NCBI GenBank assembly: GCA_030141605.1
Contig: JAQGDQ010000316.1
Location: 62,001-126,000 of the forward strand
Length of the DNA: 64,000 nt
Direction of reading: 5' to 3'
DNA from: Tubiluchus corallicola
Taxonomy: Eukaryota > Animalia > Priapulida
Position 1 is the first letter of the stretch. Each line of letters begins with the position of its first letter. The notes under the pieces were generated by a model. It had not been told where the DNA came from, searched no databases, and saw only the letters and a program-made list of their open reading frames with translations. Shown one piece after another: positions 1 to 13,495 of this stretch. The position numbers and the translations under genes were made by a program.

Positions 1-402
1 GTGATTTAGTCATGATATTGTTATCTGACTTCATATTTTTTTCACGAACTGGGGTTGCCACCTTCCCCACTGCTGGTTGCCAGTAAAATCCACTTATGGT
101 TTCCCATTAATTAACGCAAGTGATGTTATTGCCTGACCTTGGGAAGAGGATCGAAAAATAAAATGTACAAAAAGCTACATCAATGTGATATTGATATCAG
201 TCTAAGTGCAGGTAGGTAGTGAGCCATATGATAAGATAGGTAGGTCCTCAAACTCTGTCTAAACTTGATATCGTTATATGAGAATGACCCCTAAGCAGAC
301 ATAAACATAGCAAGCTGATAAAAGGTGCATATAAACATTATACAAAAATAGTAAAAATAAATGCCTATCAAAAAATAATTGGCACGTCATTATAGTAGAA
401 TA

Positions 403-745
403 CAGTCGACCCTCGTTAAACCGGACCCCGTTAGCCCGGATATCGGATAAGACGGACGTCATCCGTGGTAAAAGAAACTGACAGATTTCCATCCGAGCTC
501 GAGCGCTAAACACAACGCGGCCTACCAACTGTACAATAATTTCTTGATCCTCACAGGTTAACTATTTTTAAAGTAATATACAGTATAGTATATAGTGTAC
601 AGTATATAGTGCAATGTATATAGGCCTTATTAAGGTGATTATTCCTGTATAATATAGGCCATATATAGGCATATCGGATAAATCGGACAATCGGCTAAAC
701 CGGACCACCCACCCCCAATTAGTCCGGTTTAACGAGGGTTGACTG
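403..745. mobile_element. Non-autonomous Tc1/mariner-superfamily (pogo/Tigger-like) MITE
   Basis: 24-bp terminal inverted repeats CAGTCGACCCTCGTTAAACCGGAC / GTCCGGTTTAACGAGGGTTGACTG (1 mismatch), TA on both sides (401-402, 746-747), no coding capacity. Confidence 0.85.
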
Positions 746-860
746 TATAAGTCAATATACAACATAAGTCAAAAAACGACATTTAAGTAAAAGTGAAAAA
801 TAAAAAAAACAAAAATTGAAGCAGATCATAAGTTGAACTGGAAAACAAGTGGAAGTAAAT

Positions 861-1241
861 CAAAGCAGAACGTAAGTCAAATTAGAACATAATGCAAAGC
901 AGAACGTAAGTCAAAAAAGAACATATTGCAAAGCAGAACGTAAGTCAAATTAGAACATAATGCAAAGCAGAACGTAAGCCAAATTAGAACATAATTCAAA
1001 GCAGAACGTAAGTCAAATTAGAACATAATGCAAAGCAGAACGTAAGTCAAATTAGAACATAATGCAAAGCAGAACGTAAGTCAAATTAGAACATAATGCA
1101 AAGCAGAACGTAAGTCAAATTAGAACATAATGCAAAGCAGAACGTAAGTCAAATTAGAACATAATGCAAAGCAGAACGTAAGTCAAATTAGAACATAATG
1201 CAAAGCAGAACGTAAGTCAAATTAGAACATAATTCAAAGCA
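861..1241. repeat. 34-bp minisatellite, ~11 copies
   Basis: Unit CAAAGCAGAACGTAAGTCAAATTAGAACATAATG repeated head to tail. Confidence 0.95.
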
Positions 1242-1351
1242 GGTAGTAAAACATACCTCAAAGTAGAATGTAAGACAAGAACACAAGCTTAAGTAGATAA
1301 TAAGTTGATGAGAAACTTAAGCCAAAACAGAACACAAATTGAACAACTTAC

Positions 1352-2586
1352 ATGAACTTTGATAAGCTTTTGTTGCAGGTTGCTTGCACTGGTTAACTTC
1401 ACACGTTGTGTCACATTTATCCTTGCCGAATCTCCCGTAGGCGTTGCCACAGAAGCACTGGTGCGGAGGAAAATCTTGCAATATCAAGCCAAAGTAAGGG
1501 AAACTTTCTTGGGAACATGTGTCATCGCAAACATCCAACGCCTCATTCTCAGAACCCTTAACTTGAACTGACTTTGGAAAGTCATTTTCATAATTAAAGG
1601 CTGTAGCATAGCAACCAAGATAACTGTAATCTGAAAAGAAGCTTGTTCGCCAGTGAAATGAATTCTCACAATAAAAGAAGAGACAGCAATATTTTAGCAC
1701 TGCCTGCCCTAGAGATGGCTGATTGATAGATTAACCGGGAACACAGCCATGTAAAAATCGACATAATCGGCGATCTAACGGTAATTCAATTAACTCAGAT
1801 TAATCGAAAGCATAATATAATTGTTGCACACTGACTAAAATGCAGTATCTTTGTGTTCTTGCGCTCTTTCTTTATGTTTCTGACCTTATACAATGCACAC
1901 AGTTGACAGATAGCAGCACTTAGCCCCGCCCACCTTGATGATGTAACACACCTTCTCAGAAACACTAGTGTTCATTCATGAGGCCATACTCAACGAACAA
2001 AATTTTATGCTATGCTGTAAAGTATCCGAAATATATGATTTCCTACATTACTACATGTAGCCAGCAATAACAATAAGACATTGGGAAACTTTGAGCATTC
2101 AGCAGAATTTATATTAATTTTGAATGGGTCGAGTTGTTCATTTGACTCCCGCATGCTTTCATCCATCCATGACACTTATCTAAAGGGTTTTTTGGATTGG
2201 AAAAACTAATAAGTCAGACTTCTAACTTTTCTGGCTTCCGAACATCCACATTACATGCGCATCAAGTACAACACTTCACCATTCTATACTCTCTTTCACT
2301 GCTAGTTAATGAATTTAATGAGTAAAAACAATCGTGATCACACATCTTCCCTGTATATTTCCCTGTCCAGGTGCTATCAATAGAAAAACAATGAGAGCCA
2401 AAATACAGCTCTTCCCGCCATTTTGGTCACTATTCGTGAAAATTGCAAGCAATAATTTTTAGAAACAATGTCTCTGTCGCAATTAAGCGATAGTCTATAA
2501 AATAACTTACCTTGTGCATGGACATGCACTATATCCAGTAACTCAATAGTGAGTAATACAAATGCTACGTTTTTCAATGCCTGCAT
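1352..2586 (-). CDS. Secreted WSC-domain protein, partial (signal-peptide exon 2586-2511, WSC exon 1630-1352; later exons not resolved)
   Basis: ATG at 2586, MQALKNVAFVLLTIELLDIVHVHAQ then G|GTAAGT; acceptor TTTTCAG| at 1630 joins in phase 1; exon encodes YLGCY...C...C...YFGL...QCFCGN..GRFG...C...C (WSC cysteine pattern) and ends T|GTAAGT at 1352. Confidence 0.8.
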
Positions 2587-2748
2587 TGCTTTTTCCAATC
2601 AGCCTGCAATGAGAGATTGTTTAGAATTTACTCTTAATTGACTTTCATTTCAAAATTTCAATCTTGAACTAGAATAAAGATGGAAAGGTGCTGGGTTAAT
2701 TGCAGACCGTCGTATTTTGACTCAATGAATGTTAAAAACATAACTTTG

Positions 2749-3443
2749 CAATGTTAACTAAGGTTCAAATTGGCTATAAAATCAACATGCAATGTTAACT
2801 AAGGTTCAGATTGGCTATAAAATCAACATGCAATGTCAACTAAGGTTCAGATTGGCTATAAAATCAACATGCAATGCTAACTAAGGTTCAGATTGGCTAT
2901 AAAATCAACATGCAATGTTAACTAAGGTTCAGATTGGCTATAAAATCAACATGCAATGTTAACTAAGGTTCAGATTGGCTATAAAATCAACATGCAATGC
3001 TAACTAAGGTTCAGATTGGCTATAAAATCAACACGCAATGTTAACTAAGGTTCAGATTGGCTATAAAATCAACATGCAATGCTAACTAAGGTTCAGATTG
3101 GCTATAAAATCAACATGCAATGTTAACTAAGGTTCAGATTGGCTATAAAATCAACATGCAATGCTAACTAAGGTTCAGATTGGCTATAAAATCAACATGC
3201 AATGTTAACTAAGGTTCAGATTGGCTATAAAATCAACATGCAATGTTAACTAAGGTTCAGATTGGCTATAAAATCAACATGCAATGCTAACTAAGGTTCA
3301 GATTGGCTATAAAATCAACATGCAATGTTAACTAAGGTTCAGATTGGCTATAAAATCAACATGCAATGTTAACTAAGGTTCAGATTGGCTATAAAATCAA
3401 CATGCTATGCTAACTAAGGTTCAGATTGGCTATAAAATCAACA
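2749..3443. repeat. 41-bp minisatellite, ~17 copies
   Basis: Unit GCAATG(T/C)TAACTAAGGTTCAGATTGGCTATAAAATCAACAT in tandem. Confidence 0.95.
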
Positions 3444-6400
3444 ACACGATTCGACTTTTAAAATTTTACATGGACTGGGATCCTTATCCCCTACTAGCGA
3501 TGTGATTTAGCAGTCACAGGTAGTGGAAAGACCAAAATGAGTGAAGATGTCAAAATTATCATTAGCATTAAACATTCATTTTTTGAACTTTTGAATAAAA
3601 AAAATTACAGCTTTATAAATTTATAACTGCTAAGCACTGATGTGGTGTAATTCTGTATTTACAAGACTTGTGTGAAAATTATCTGTAATTAGCAAAACAA
3701 AACAAAAAACTCTCAGTAGCATAAATTAGCTGCTACACAAACCATTTACGAGGTTCACCAAGCAGTTAAGGAACAGTTAAGTATCAATTGAAAAATGGAA
3801 TATCTAAAACGCAAATGCATGTGTTTGCCAAAGCAAAAATTGAAGTACAACTTTAGTGTACAACATTCAGTGTGATATACAAAAACTCGGCAAATTTCAA
3901 GTTTCCTGCTGTGCTCACAACTTCACACAAGTACAGTACATACCTTTTTTTAAAAAACACATTTGCAAGATGCAGGTGCTGGCACCCATCTAGATAGTTT
4001 GCAAATGGCAAAATCCATGTAGCAGTGAAGAACTAGATGTATGAAAACGAAATTAAATTGCTACAGAAATTCCAATAATTCTTTCACGTGTCATTCTAAA
4101 AAACAATGTGTTTCCTTTCAATATTTTATAGAATAGATTGTTTGAACAATACTACCAAAAGAAAGAACTAGTCACTCAGTACGTTCGGTTTATTCTACTG
4201 TTATCACTTAAACTTAGAAAAATATATAAAACAAATTTGCAAAGAACTGTCTATAAAGCATAAATTTAAAATATATTATTTCTGAATAGAAATTTTTAGG
4301 TGTGGTGGTTGCCGCCATTCACTTAAAAAGCATGACGCAACTAAGAGACAGTGACTTTTTGTAAGCATGCCGTGGCCTTTAGTAAGCGAGCTGCCTAAGC
4401 TAATTCAAACTTCTGCAGCTTACCTAAAGTTTACGCTAAAATATTACAAAATTAGCTATCGAATTCTTTGTAAAAACTTAATTTTCTTTTGAGAAAGATA
4501 GTCAGTATGCTGCTTTTCTTCAAGACGAATGACGTCATTGGAAGAATAGGCTTTGAAAATGGAAGTGCCCAAGCACGAAGTGGTCGCGACTTCTAGGTGA
4601 TTTTACTAATTACACGAAGCACACACTGGAGTTTTATTACTAAAGCCTTCTAACATTTTCGCAAACACTGAAATAAGTCTAACCTCTTAGAAGGCCTGAC
4701 CCTTCCTTCAAGACTGGGTCCGGTTTTGACTGCATTTTTCGTACATTTCACAACACTTCACAAACCAATTCTCAGCAAAGATCAGTGAAAAATCCTTGGC
4801 TTCTACTTGTTGTTGTATTAAATGCCCACGTGTTGCATTTAAATTTTCATAATAGAATTAGGCGTATTAGACAAGGCCTTTTGACAGATATAATATTAAT
4901 AATGGTGTGACTTGTAACTGAATTACAAAATCATCAGAGCACCTGGTACCATGTTTTTGCAGTAGTCTAAAAGTATAAAACAACAAAGAAATAAGATTTA
5001 CCTTAATTTATCTCATTCATAAGCCAAAAGAGAAATAGGCGCTTCGTAATTTGTATCATAAATCGTCGTTTTAAAACAGTATCCACCAACAAAACGCTTA
5101 AAACTTCCGTTAGCTTTTCCGCGCGTCCTTCACAACAGACAGAATGGCCGTCGCCAACGATTATTAAACTTTTTCCCACGCCCCTGCCATGCTCGTTTGC
5201 GCTAGCTTCTACTAATATCTACCTGCTGCTGTGTCAGATTATTTTGCGAATTAAATTGCGGGTTTAATTTTTATCATTTTTATACTTGTGCGTATTTTAA
5301 TAGCTCAGTGTTAGTGCTAACCTAAGACGAGACCAAAATCTCTAAGATTTTTGCAGAGCAATTAAATGAATTAATAGGGAAGTGGTGTGAAGTCCATACA
5401 TGCAAGACATGAACTGCATGCCTCTAATTTTCAACAAACAATTATGATGTAAAAGTGCCTTCTAAACTTTTCTAATATTTAATTATTGCGGCTAATATTC
5501 ATTAGCATTATACGGTCGTGTTGCATTATAACTTTGAATAACACAAAGCCTGAAAGTATTATAATAAATTATTGTACTTAGCAGAATACCATAATCAACG
5601 TATATTATATGATTGACCATGTGCAGACGCAATGCGCACGGTTCACTACAGCGCAGGTGCATTGTAATGAGGTAATATACATTTATTAGCCAAAAAGGTT
5701 GTGCAATGGAACATAATTAAGTCTAATAAAAGGAACCCCCCTCTGGTTTTGCATCATACTGCAGACTGGGCTATTCTTGAGAAGACCTTCTCTCTGTGTA
5801 ACATGCTAAGCAAATTTTTTTGTAGAAAGAATTCTCAGCATTTACTCATAACCGTTTTTTGAATTCTTTTTAAACTCAATAGATTTATTTCGCAATAAAT
5901 AAATACTTGTGCATTATAAGTACATTGATAATAATTCGTTGTTAACACAAAATTAGAGAGACCTAAGAAACTAGCTAGAAGAAGTTAGGCCAGCTAGAAT
6001 TAGCAGAGAGAAAAATAACAACATAATATTATTGCATCAATAGTTGCACTTCATGCGAGAAGTGCATCTGCCTTGTGCAGTAAGCTTTCGTAAAGAAAGT
6101 CATTGGGTAACATAATTCACTTACGAATCATGACGTATAATTTGTAGTAAAGGAAAGCTGTGTTAAATAATTATTTTGATTAAATTGGCGATTAAATTAT
6201 TAAATTAGTAATTCAAGATTAAATGTTTGACAATGCAAGATTCAACTATCGTCGTGGCCAGAAGCCTTGTAAGGTGTGGCACCGTGTGACCAGCTGATGT
6301 TCTGGCGACTCAGAAGTAAAAATGGATGATGTAATCCTTGCGCGCAGAAACTCACGGCGCATTAGGTAGTTAGACAAAGGTGTTTTGAGGCCCGCACCTC

Positions 6401-8194
6401 GGTGAAGATGAGAAACTGACTTGAAGGCGGAGGGCTGGCATCACTATCCTCTTATATTTACCATGTTGCATTTGATATTTAATAAATGTGTTGCTATTAA
6501 ATAAAGTCTTGATAGTTTGCCATGCCCACCGTGGCTACCTCACACGCCACACAATAAACAACAGCAAGCAGCTTTAACCACAAGAATAAAATTAGATTTA
6601 AACTGCACAAAATAGTTTACAACCAAAAACAAAAAAATGTTATCAAAATTAAAAATCGCTACCTTATACTGTACTAGCATTTTCTTCTCAAATGCAAGAA
6701 ATGCAGTAGACTAAGGTTAAAACACATGGCAGATGTGTGTGGGGAATTGACGTCAAACATATTGGTCTATCGCTCCGCCCCCGCTGCAACGTAAGCACAC
6801 TCAGCAGCATTCAGGACAACAGCTCATGCTGAACAACAACTGTCTAAGGCTAAACTAAACTAAACTAAACAACATGACTGTCATTTCTAATGTCTAATCA
6901 GCAGATTGCTCTTTTGCATAAACACAAATATGCAGAGCAGCAGCTGTTTTTAAACAAAATTTACACTTCAAGTAGCCTAAAATGACTTTTCAATTTAAAC
7001 AGAATATAGAGACGAATTTTCATACCACTACAAATTACAGAGACATAAGTATAATAAAGAAACTAAGCCAGTTAGCCTTGTTTTACAATAAATGAGCAAA
7101 AAAATATTTAGTCTCTCTTGCCTTTAAACATACGAACATCAAGACAGCGATGTATTTTTCTATATTAACTGATCATGTGCTCGTCTGCAAGATTTATTAA
7201 GTTTCTGTATTTTTCCGTTTGTCAGGTTACGGAAATGGAATAAATTTCACTGTTCCATTCCATAGACGACCCTTATATTGAATACCCGAGTCACATAAGT
7301 CCTAATGGTACCTTCTAACCTTGATTATAACCAGAAAAATAGCATAAAATTACCTAATATTACATTGATGTTAACACAAGTTTTGACCACATTTGAATTA
7401 ATTTCAATCGTGAAGATCTCAATCAGTTTACTGCAGTCACCCATCTGTTACAATTCAAGTTCAGGTTGCTTAACTATGTGCATCTAAAATCATACGCCAC
7501 TTCTTCAGGGCAATTTCACTTCTGCTGAGATACCAACACACTGACAAGTCACGAGTAAGATGTAGTCTTGATTATTTAAAAGTGCTGCATTTAAATTTGA
7601 AAAAAAAACTTTTCATTGTTTTTATTATCAGAATAATAGACAACTAAGATTTAAAAAGAAAGTTTTATTTGCTGCATTTTGAAAATAAAGTGCACTTAAT
7701 AAAGAAGTTTTGAAAAAATTATTTTTTGTTACCGTTTTAATAAACAATAAGAGATAACTGAGTTATCATTAACCAATCATACGTTTTTGCATATGGAAAT
7801 GATTCAGAAATTGTCAAAAGTCGCTATGATTCCATACAGTCAAGATTCAATTGTGATTTTTTTTCCCTTGTTTTTAGATTGTTTTGTCAGTTGTGAATTA
7901 CTCGTCGTGATTGAGCTGTTTCTTTCACTCTCACCTCTGTCAAGTTACATTTGGTAAGTTGTTAAAAAGTGATGAACAAACTTGAAAAACTTGTCATTTA
8001 TGATTTAGTAGTTTCACTCTTTCTGAGAGTAAATAAATATTGATTACAGATAAAAGATGAATTAGTCCCTTTTTCACATCTGTCTGTTTATGACATTTTT
8101 GCTGAAATTTGATGGTGGTTCTAAACTAGGTAATAACACAGAACTTTTTGAAACTTTATGCAGTTTGTGTTAATATTTACTTTGTTTTATTTGT

Positions 8195-8212
8195 TATTAT
8201 TTTTGTTATTGC

Positions 8213-8302
<90 letters not shown>

Positions 8303-8313
8303 CATCATCATCA

Positions 8314-8361
<48 letters not shown>

Positions 8362-8415
8362 TCATCATCATCATCGTCGTCGTCATTATCATCATCATCA
8401 TCATCATCATCGTCA
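8195..8415. repeat. Compound trinucleotide microsatellite (ATT)n(ATC)n(GTC)n(ATC)n
   Basis: Read directly; explains the poly-I/L/S/N/D ORFs. A degenerate counterpart lies at ~28680-28840. Confidence 0.95.
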
Positions 8416-8612
8416 ACAGATCTATTATTTAAAATTATTTGCATTTATAGCTTGCATCAAATTTTAATCCCAACTTCAACTTTGTATTCGTAGAATTTGA
8501 AAATTCCATCATAACCCAATTTTTTACTTATTGTATTTCCTGTATTTCAGTGTTTTACTGTTTACAAAAATGTAGCATTAATTTCGACCCACCCTTTACT
8601 TCTGCAAATGGA

Positions 8613-9431
8613 ATTAACATCAGTGACAACTATGGAGAGACTGCTCTCATGTTGGCATCTATTGAAGGGTACTTGAATGTAGTTCAGCTCTTACTAGATA
8701 GGGGACCTGATATTAACATCAGTAACAACGATGGACGGACTGCTGTCATGTTGGCATCTGATAATGGGCACTTGAATGTAGTTCAGCTCTTACTAGATAG
8801 GGGTGCCGATACTAACATCAGTAGCAACGATGGACGGACTGCTCTCATGTTGGCATCTATTAATAGGAACGTGAAAGTAGTTCAGCTCTTACTAGACAGT
8901 GGAGCTGATACTAACATCAGTAACAACGATGGACGGACTGCTCTCATGTTGGCATCTATTAATGGGCACTTGAATGTAGTTCAGCTCTTACTAGATAGTG
9001 GAGCTGATATTAACATCAGTGACAACGACGGACGGACTGCTGTCATGTTGGCATCTGATAATGGGCACTTGAATGTAGTTCAGCTCTTACTAGATAGGGG
9101 TGCCGATACTAACATCAGTAGCAACGATGGACGGACTGCTCTCATGTTGGCATCTATTAATAGGAACGTGAAAGTAGTTCAGCTCTTACTAGACAGTGGA
9201 GCTGATACTAACATCAGTAACAACGATGGACGGACTGCTCTCATGTTGGCATCTATTGAAGGGTACTTGAATGTAGTTCAGCTCTTACTAGATAGGGGAG
9301 CTGATATTAACATCAGTAACAACGATGGAGAGACTGCTGTCATGTTGGCATCTGATAATGGGCACGTGTATTTAGTTCAGCGCTTACTCGCTGTTGATGC
9401 TAATTCAACACTAGAAAGTTCAGAAGAATAA
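8613..9431 (+). CDS. Ankyrin-repeat protein, 8 repeats, 5'-deleted copy (first in-frame ATG 8649); possibly a pseudogene
   Basis: Eight 99-bp units encoding INISxNxGxTALMLASxxGHLNVVQLLLDxGAD; stop ends at 9431. The start codon and N-cap seen in copy 2 are missing at the junction 8612/8613. Confidence 0.8.
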   Translation: MNISDNYGETALMLASIEGYLNVVQLLLDRGPDINISNNDGRTAVMLASDNGHLNVVQLLLDRGADTNISSNDGRTALMLASINRNVKVVQLLLDSGADTNISNNDGRTALMLASINGHLNVVQLLLDSGADINISDNDGRTAVMLASDNGHLNVVQLLLDRGADTNISSNDGRTALMLASINRNVKVVQLLLDSGADTNISNNDGRTALMLASIEGYLNVVQLLLDRGADINISNNDGETAVMLASDNGHVYLVQRLLAVDANSTLESSEE

Positions 9432-10448
9432 TTGTAAATAATTGAATAAGTTATGCCTTCACTGTTATGTGTTATGAGACGGTAGGATTACAACTGTTTC
9501 TGCTGAAGTAGATTTCTTGTACTGCTAGATTAGATTTCCGGTACTGCTGATTTTAAATAATGTTAGAATATAGTGGACAGCATATAGAGAGGCTGACGGC
9601 ACTGAACACTATTACATTACAATAAATGTGTAAAAAAGTTCTCAGTCTAATGCAAAATTTATATTGATGTTTAGAGTAATGAACGAAATTGAGAATTTGA
9701 GAAAATTTTTAATTGTATTACATTGTAAATATTTTGCGAATATTCAGTGTGATTCATTTCTTATGTTGTTTTTGTAACAACAAAATAACAATAATCACGA
9801 CATTAAACAATTATTAAATTTATTGTAGCTGGTACTAAATTAGTGTTGTTTGCTTTTATATAGTTTCTTCTAGTACCTTGTTTTATCTTGTGAAACTACA
9901 ATGTGAATCTACTCCACAATTACGTAAATAAGTTGTAAATTTAGAAATGAAACGAGTTTATAATTGATGAATTTCAGAAAACACTCTCACTTTATTGAAT
10001 GTTTGAGTTACGATCACGTAAACACTTAGACCACTCAGTTACTTGCCTGGTTGAATATTATAACACTATAATATAGCAATATATAGTAAACTATAGCCTT
10101 AGAAAAATGAAAAACCTGCTTCAATCACAAGAAACAAGCGTACTTTGCTGATTAAATAATTAGAGTTTCCAATTCGCGGTCTCTGGTTCAAATCCAGCTT
10201 AACGTATGATTTTTTAGACAATTTTATCTGTAGTATTATTTGAAGTATAGAGTTTAGAAGAAATATTTAGGAGAATGCATTGACTTCAGGTAGTTTACTG
10301 CTGCCACCTCGTGCACAACACACGACACTCGTGTGACTACAAGTTTCGAGATTGGAAGCTGCTGCCCTCTGTCGCGTACAAAAAGAAATAAATAGAAGTA
10401 CACGTAAAATGTTGCTTTAGTGCGACAAATGAATGTGATAAAAATTCT

Positions 10449-10450
<2 letters not shown>

Positions 10451-10543
<93 letters not shown>
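10451..10543. repeat. (CT)n microsatellite
   Basis: Pure CT run. Confidence 0.95.
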
Positions 10544-10546
<3 letters not shown>

Positions 10547-10560
10547 ACTCTCTCTCTGTC

Positions 10561-12570
10561 AGCAGGAAAAAGTTCAAAAGACAATCTAGCTACGGAAATA
10601 AACTCATCTGTATTACTGACAAAGAAAACTTTGGTAGTGAACTTAGTAGTGCTATGAATAGATGGCTACAGAGCAAGACAGAAAAACTAAATTTAGAAAA
10701 AGGTGCCATCTTCTGGAAAACATATAAACAAATTTTTAAAGGTGTAAATAGCAATAATAATAATAATAGTGTTGGTATTTTAATTAGTAATGGCTCCCCT
10801 GTAATCTCGGCCTCGGATAGTGCTGATTTATTATATAAGACTTTTTTTTGGGGAACACTTGAACGTGGAAGAATTTGATGAAAACTGGAAAAATCACATT
10901 GAACGCTCGTTATCAGTTATGGACTGGGAACAAAGCGAAAAATTTTTGTCTTTAAACTGGTTAAATTGACAAGAATTAGAAAATGCAGTAAGTGATGTGC
11001 GAACTGAAGGCAAGTCGCTTGACTCCGATGGGTTTCACCCAAAAATGATAAAACATTTTGGGCCAGCCGCAAAAAATATTGTATTACGTATTGCAAATAT
11101 GTGCTTAGAAAACCATTTGTGGCCTTGGACGTGCACCAAAGTAATTCCACTAAAAACCCTAACAAAAACGATTATTCAAATGCCAGTAGTTATCGTCCAA
11201 TAACCATTTCTTCGTATGTAGGTAAACTTGTTGAGCGTTTAATATAAAATAGACTTAAAAATCATTTCTTTCAGTTAAACTGCATTGATGCAGAGCAAGA
11301 AGGCTTCATAAACGGCAAAAATACAGTACGTTATTTAACCAGATTAGTTACTGATATGGAAGACGACATTTTGAATACTGCATACGGTATAACAATTTGC
11401 TGTGATCACGAAAAAGCTTTCGACTGTGCTTGTGTTGAAGGTTTATTATTTAAACTTATTTGTGAGAATCTACGAGTGTCTTTATTACGCCTTATGGTAT
11501 ATATGTTAAAAAATTGTAATTATAATAAAATTACTATTTTGCCAATTATACAGTACGGTGCTATTACATGGTTAAATAAAAAACTTTCTGTATTTGAAGA
11601 CATAATCTATGATATAATGAAAGTTGCTGCGGGGTTTGGTTTTAAACCAGATCGAACTAAATTGGAAATACTTTGTGGTCTTCCACCGTTAGACATTGAA
11701 TTAAATGTAATTGTTGTTAAATCTTGTCTCAAGACGTTAGGTCAGAGCGCTGATGATTTAGTTAAACAAACGATTCTGCTGTACGATAGTGCATGTCTGA
11801 CAGGAAAGCATATTTATAAAAATATTATGTATACACATGCGCAGACTGTGAGACAATTTTTGAAATTTGTCTGGAATAACAACTTCCGTACTACAGACCA
11901 TCATGATGTTCCTGAAAATGTGTTAAAGTATACTAAACGTCAAATTATGGATTATGTTTATTGTACCTGGTCAAATAAATATAGGCATGTTATACAATTT
12001 CGAGGAGAAAATGTTGAAATGCAGAATATAAAATGTAAACCATTGATCTTGCAGCTTGGAAATTATGAAAGGAAAACAGACTCCATTGCCAGGTCTTTCT
12101 TAACTGTCCAGGGGAATTTCAACAGCTTTTTGTATAGACTTAATATGAGTGATACTTTTTTATGTTCATGTGGAGAAGAAGAGCAAACTCCTAAGCACAT
12201 TTTATTCAGATGCAATAAAGTAGATAATACAAAAAGAATGCCGTTCATGGAAATAGCTGATGCCAATTATGCACGTAATATTATGCTTCAATCTGATAAA
12301 AAATTAATTTGGCTTTTACTAATCTGATCACAGATATACTAAATAATTGTGAATTTAGACCTGCTCGAGTATACAAAAATAAATTATGTATGTGTATTAA
12401 GGTAATTCAAGTGTATAATACTTTTGAATCATTTGAAATTATATCTAATTTAAGTATAAAATGTTATTCGTTGTACATAGTGTGAAACTGGAAATATTTA
12501 AAAGATTTGTTATATGAAAATGTAAATTGTTGATCTGAGCCTTTTATTTAATAAAGTTTTATTATTATTA
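10561..12570 (+). mobile_element. 5'-truncated, degenerate non-LTR retrotransposon (LINE, I-group-like) ORF2 remnant
   Basis: Broken frames give GKSLDSDGFHPKMIK, SYRPITISSYVGKLVERLI, QEGF, DHEKAFD (RT N-terminal motifs) and C-terminal CSCGEEEQTPKHILFRC (CCHC); AATAAA followed by a (TTA)n tail at ~12550-12570. Confidence 0.85.
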
Positions 12571-13108
12571 CAAAATGTTATGTTACTGCTACGCTGTTAT
12601 CATTCCTATTCTTGTTATGTTACTCATACGAAGCTAGGCAAAATTAAAAGTTTGTTCTTTGTATATTAATCAAACAATTTAGATAGTAGTCTCGTCAAAT
12701 TGTGGATTGAAAATATACGTTCACCTCACCTAATGCATTTGAGAGTATAATAACTCAAATCCAACTAATGTTTTATTGGTTCACATTATTAATGATTGTA
12801 GATGGCGCCACAAGACAAGTTGTTGTTTGCCATCTTTAAACTTTCTTCTGATTTTCATTCGTAAAATGTATCCCTATCTTCCTTTATGATGTTAGTTGTT
12901 TGCATGTGAATATGCAACCGTCATGTTACAGTTAATGCTGCAGTTACGTCATTATCATTATGAAAAAGACAATCATCATCATCATCATCATCGTCACAAA
13001 TTTAGCTGTTACGTCTGCTGTAGAATTCGAGAATGCAGAGTTCTAAAACAAGAGAAATCTGCTCCCAGCACAGGTAAACCCGTTGTTGTCGTTCGTTGGA
13101 GCATGCAT

Positions 13109-13156
13109 CCCTAACCCTAACCCTAACATTAACCTTAATCCTAACCCTAACCTTAA
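13109..13156. repeat. Short degenerate interstitial (CCCTAA)n telomere-like tract
   Basis: CCCTAACCCTAACCCTAACATTAACCTTAATCCTAACCCTAACCTTAA. Confidence 0.75.
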
Positions 13157-13495
13157 ACTGATTTCTTGTGTTTCGGGAATTGTAAATTCGATCTGGAACT
13201 CATAATTTACATTTTAATTGCCCATTTCCTTGTTTATAGACCAATCACACCAATTTGTTGCAAAACACAAACACAACATGACACGGTTTCTATGCACAAT
13301 GAACAATCAACTGTACTTTCATTTAAAAAAACATCATTACTCGTCACAATGCTTTTATGTAGTACGTAGAACGTGTTGTTGAAAAATCGCCTGGCTGTTT
13401 TTGGAAGTAACTACATGAGGATAAACAACATTGCATTCTGATCTCATTTTTAGGCAACAGGGAGATTTTTTGTACAATTTAAGAATCTCTTAAGC

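Larger units (their letters stand above)
7421..10421 (+). repeat. Segmental duplication copy 1 (paralog of 27866-31745)
   Basis: Colinear, closely similar sequence from AATCAGTTTACTGCAGTCACCC to AATGTTGCTTTAGT, including non-coding exons, ankyrin exon and 3' flank. Confidence 0.92.

Noticed and set aside
274-291. Terminal exon of the WSC gene (acceptor near 291 giving WVILI-stop)
   Set aside because: Frame-compatible but too short and unsupported; the gene may continue beyond the window start.
6268-6553. Solo LTR candidate (TGT...ACA, internal AATAAA)
   Set aside because: No target-site duplication or second copy to fix boundaries.
10140-10215. tRNA gene (B-box GGTTCAAATCC, also at ~31333)
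   Set aside because: No convincing A box or cloverleaf; at most a decayed tRNA-derived SINE.
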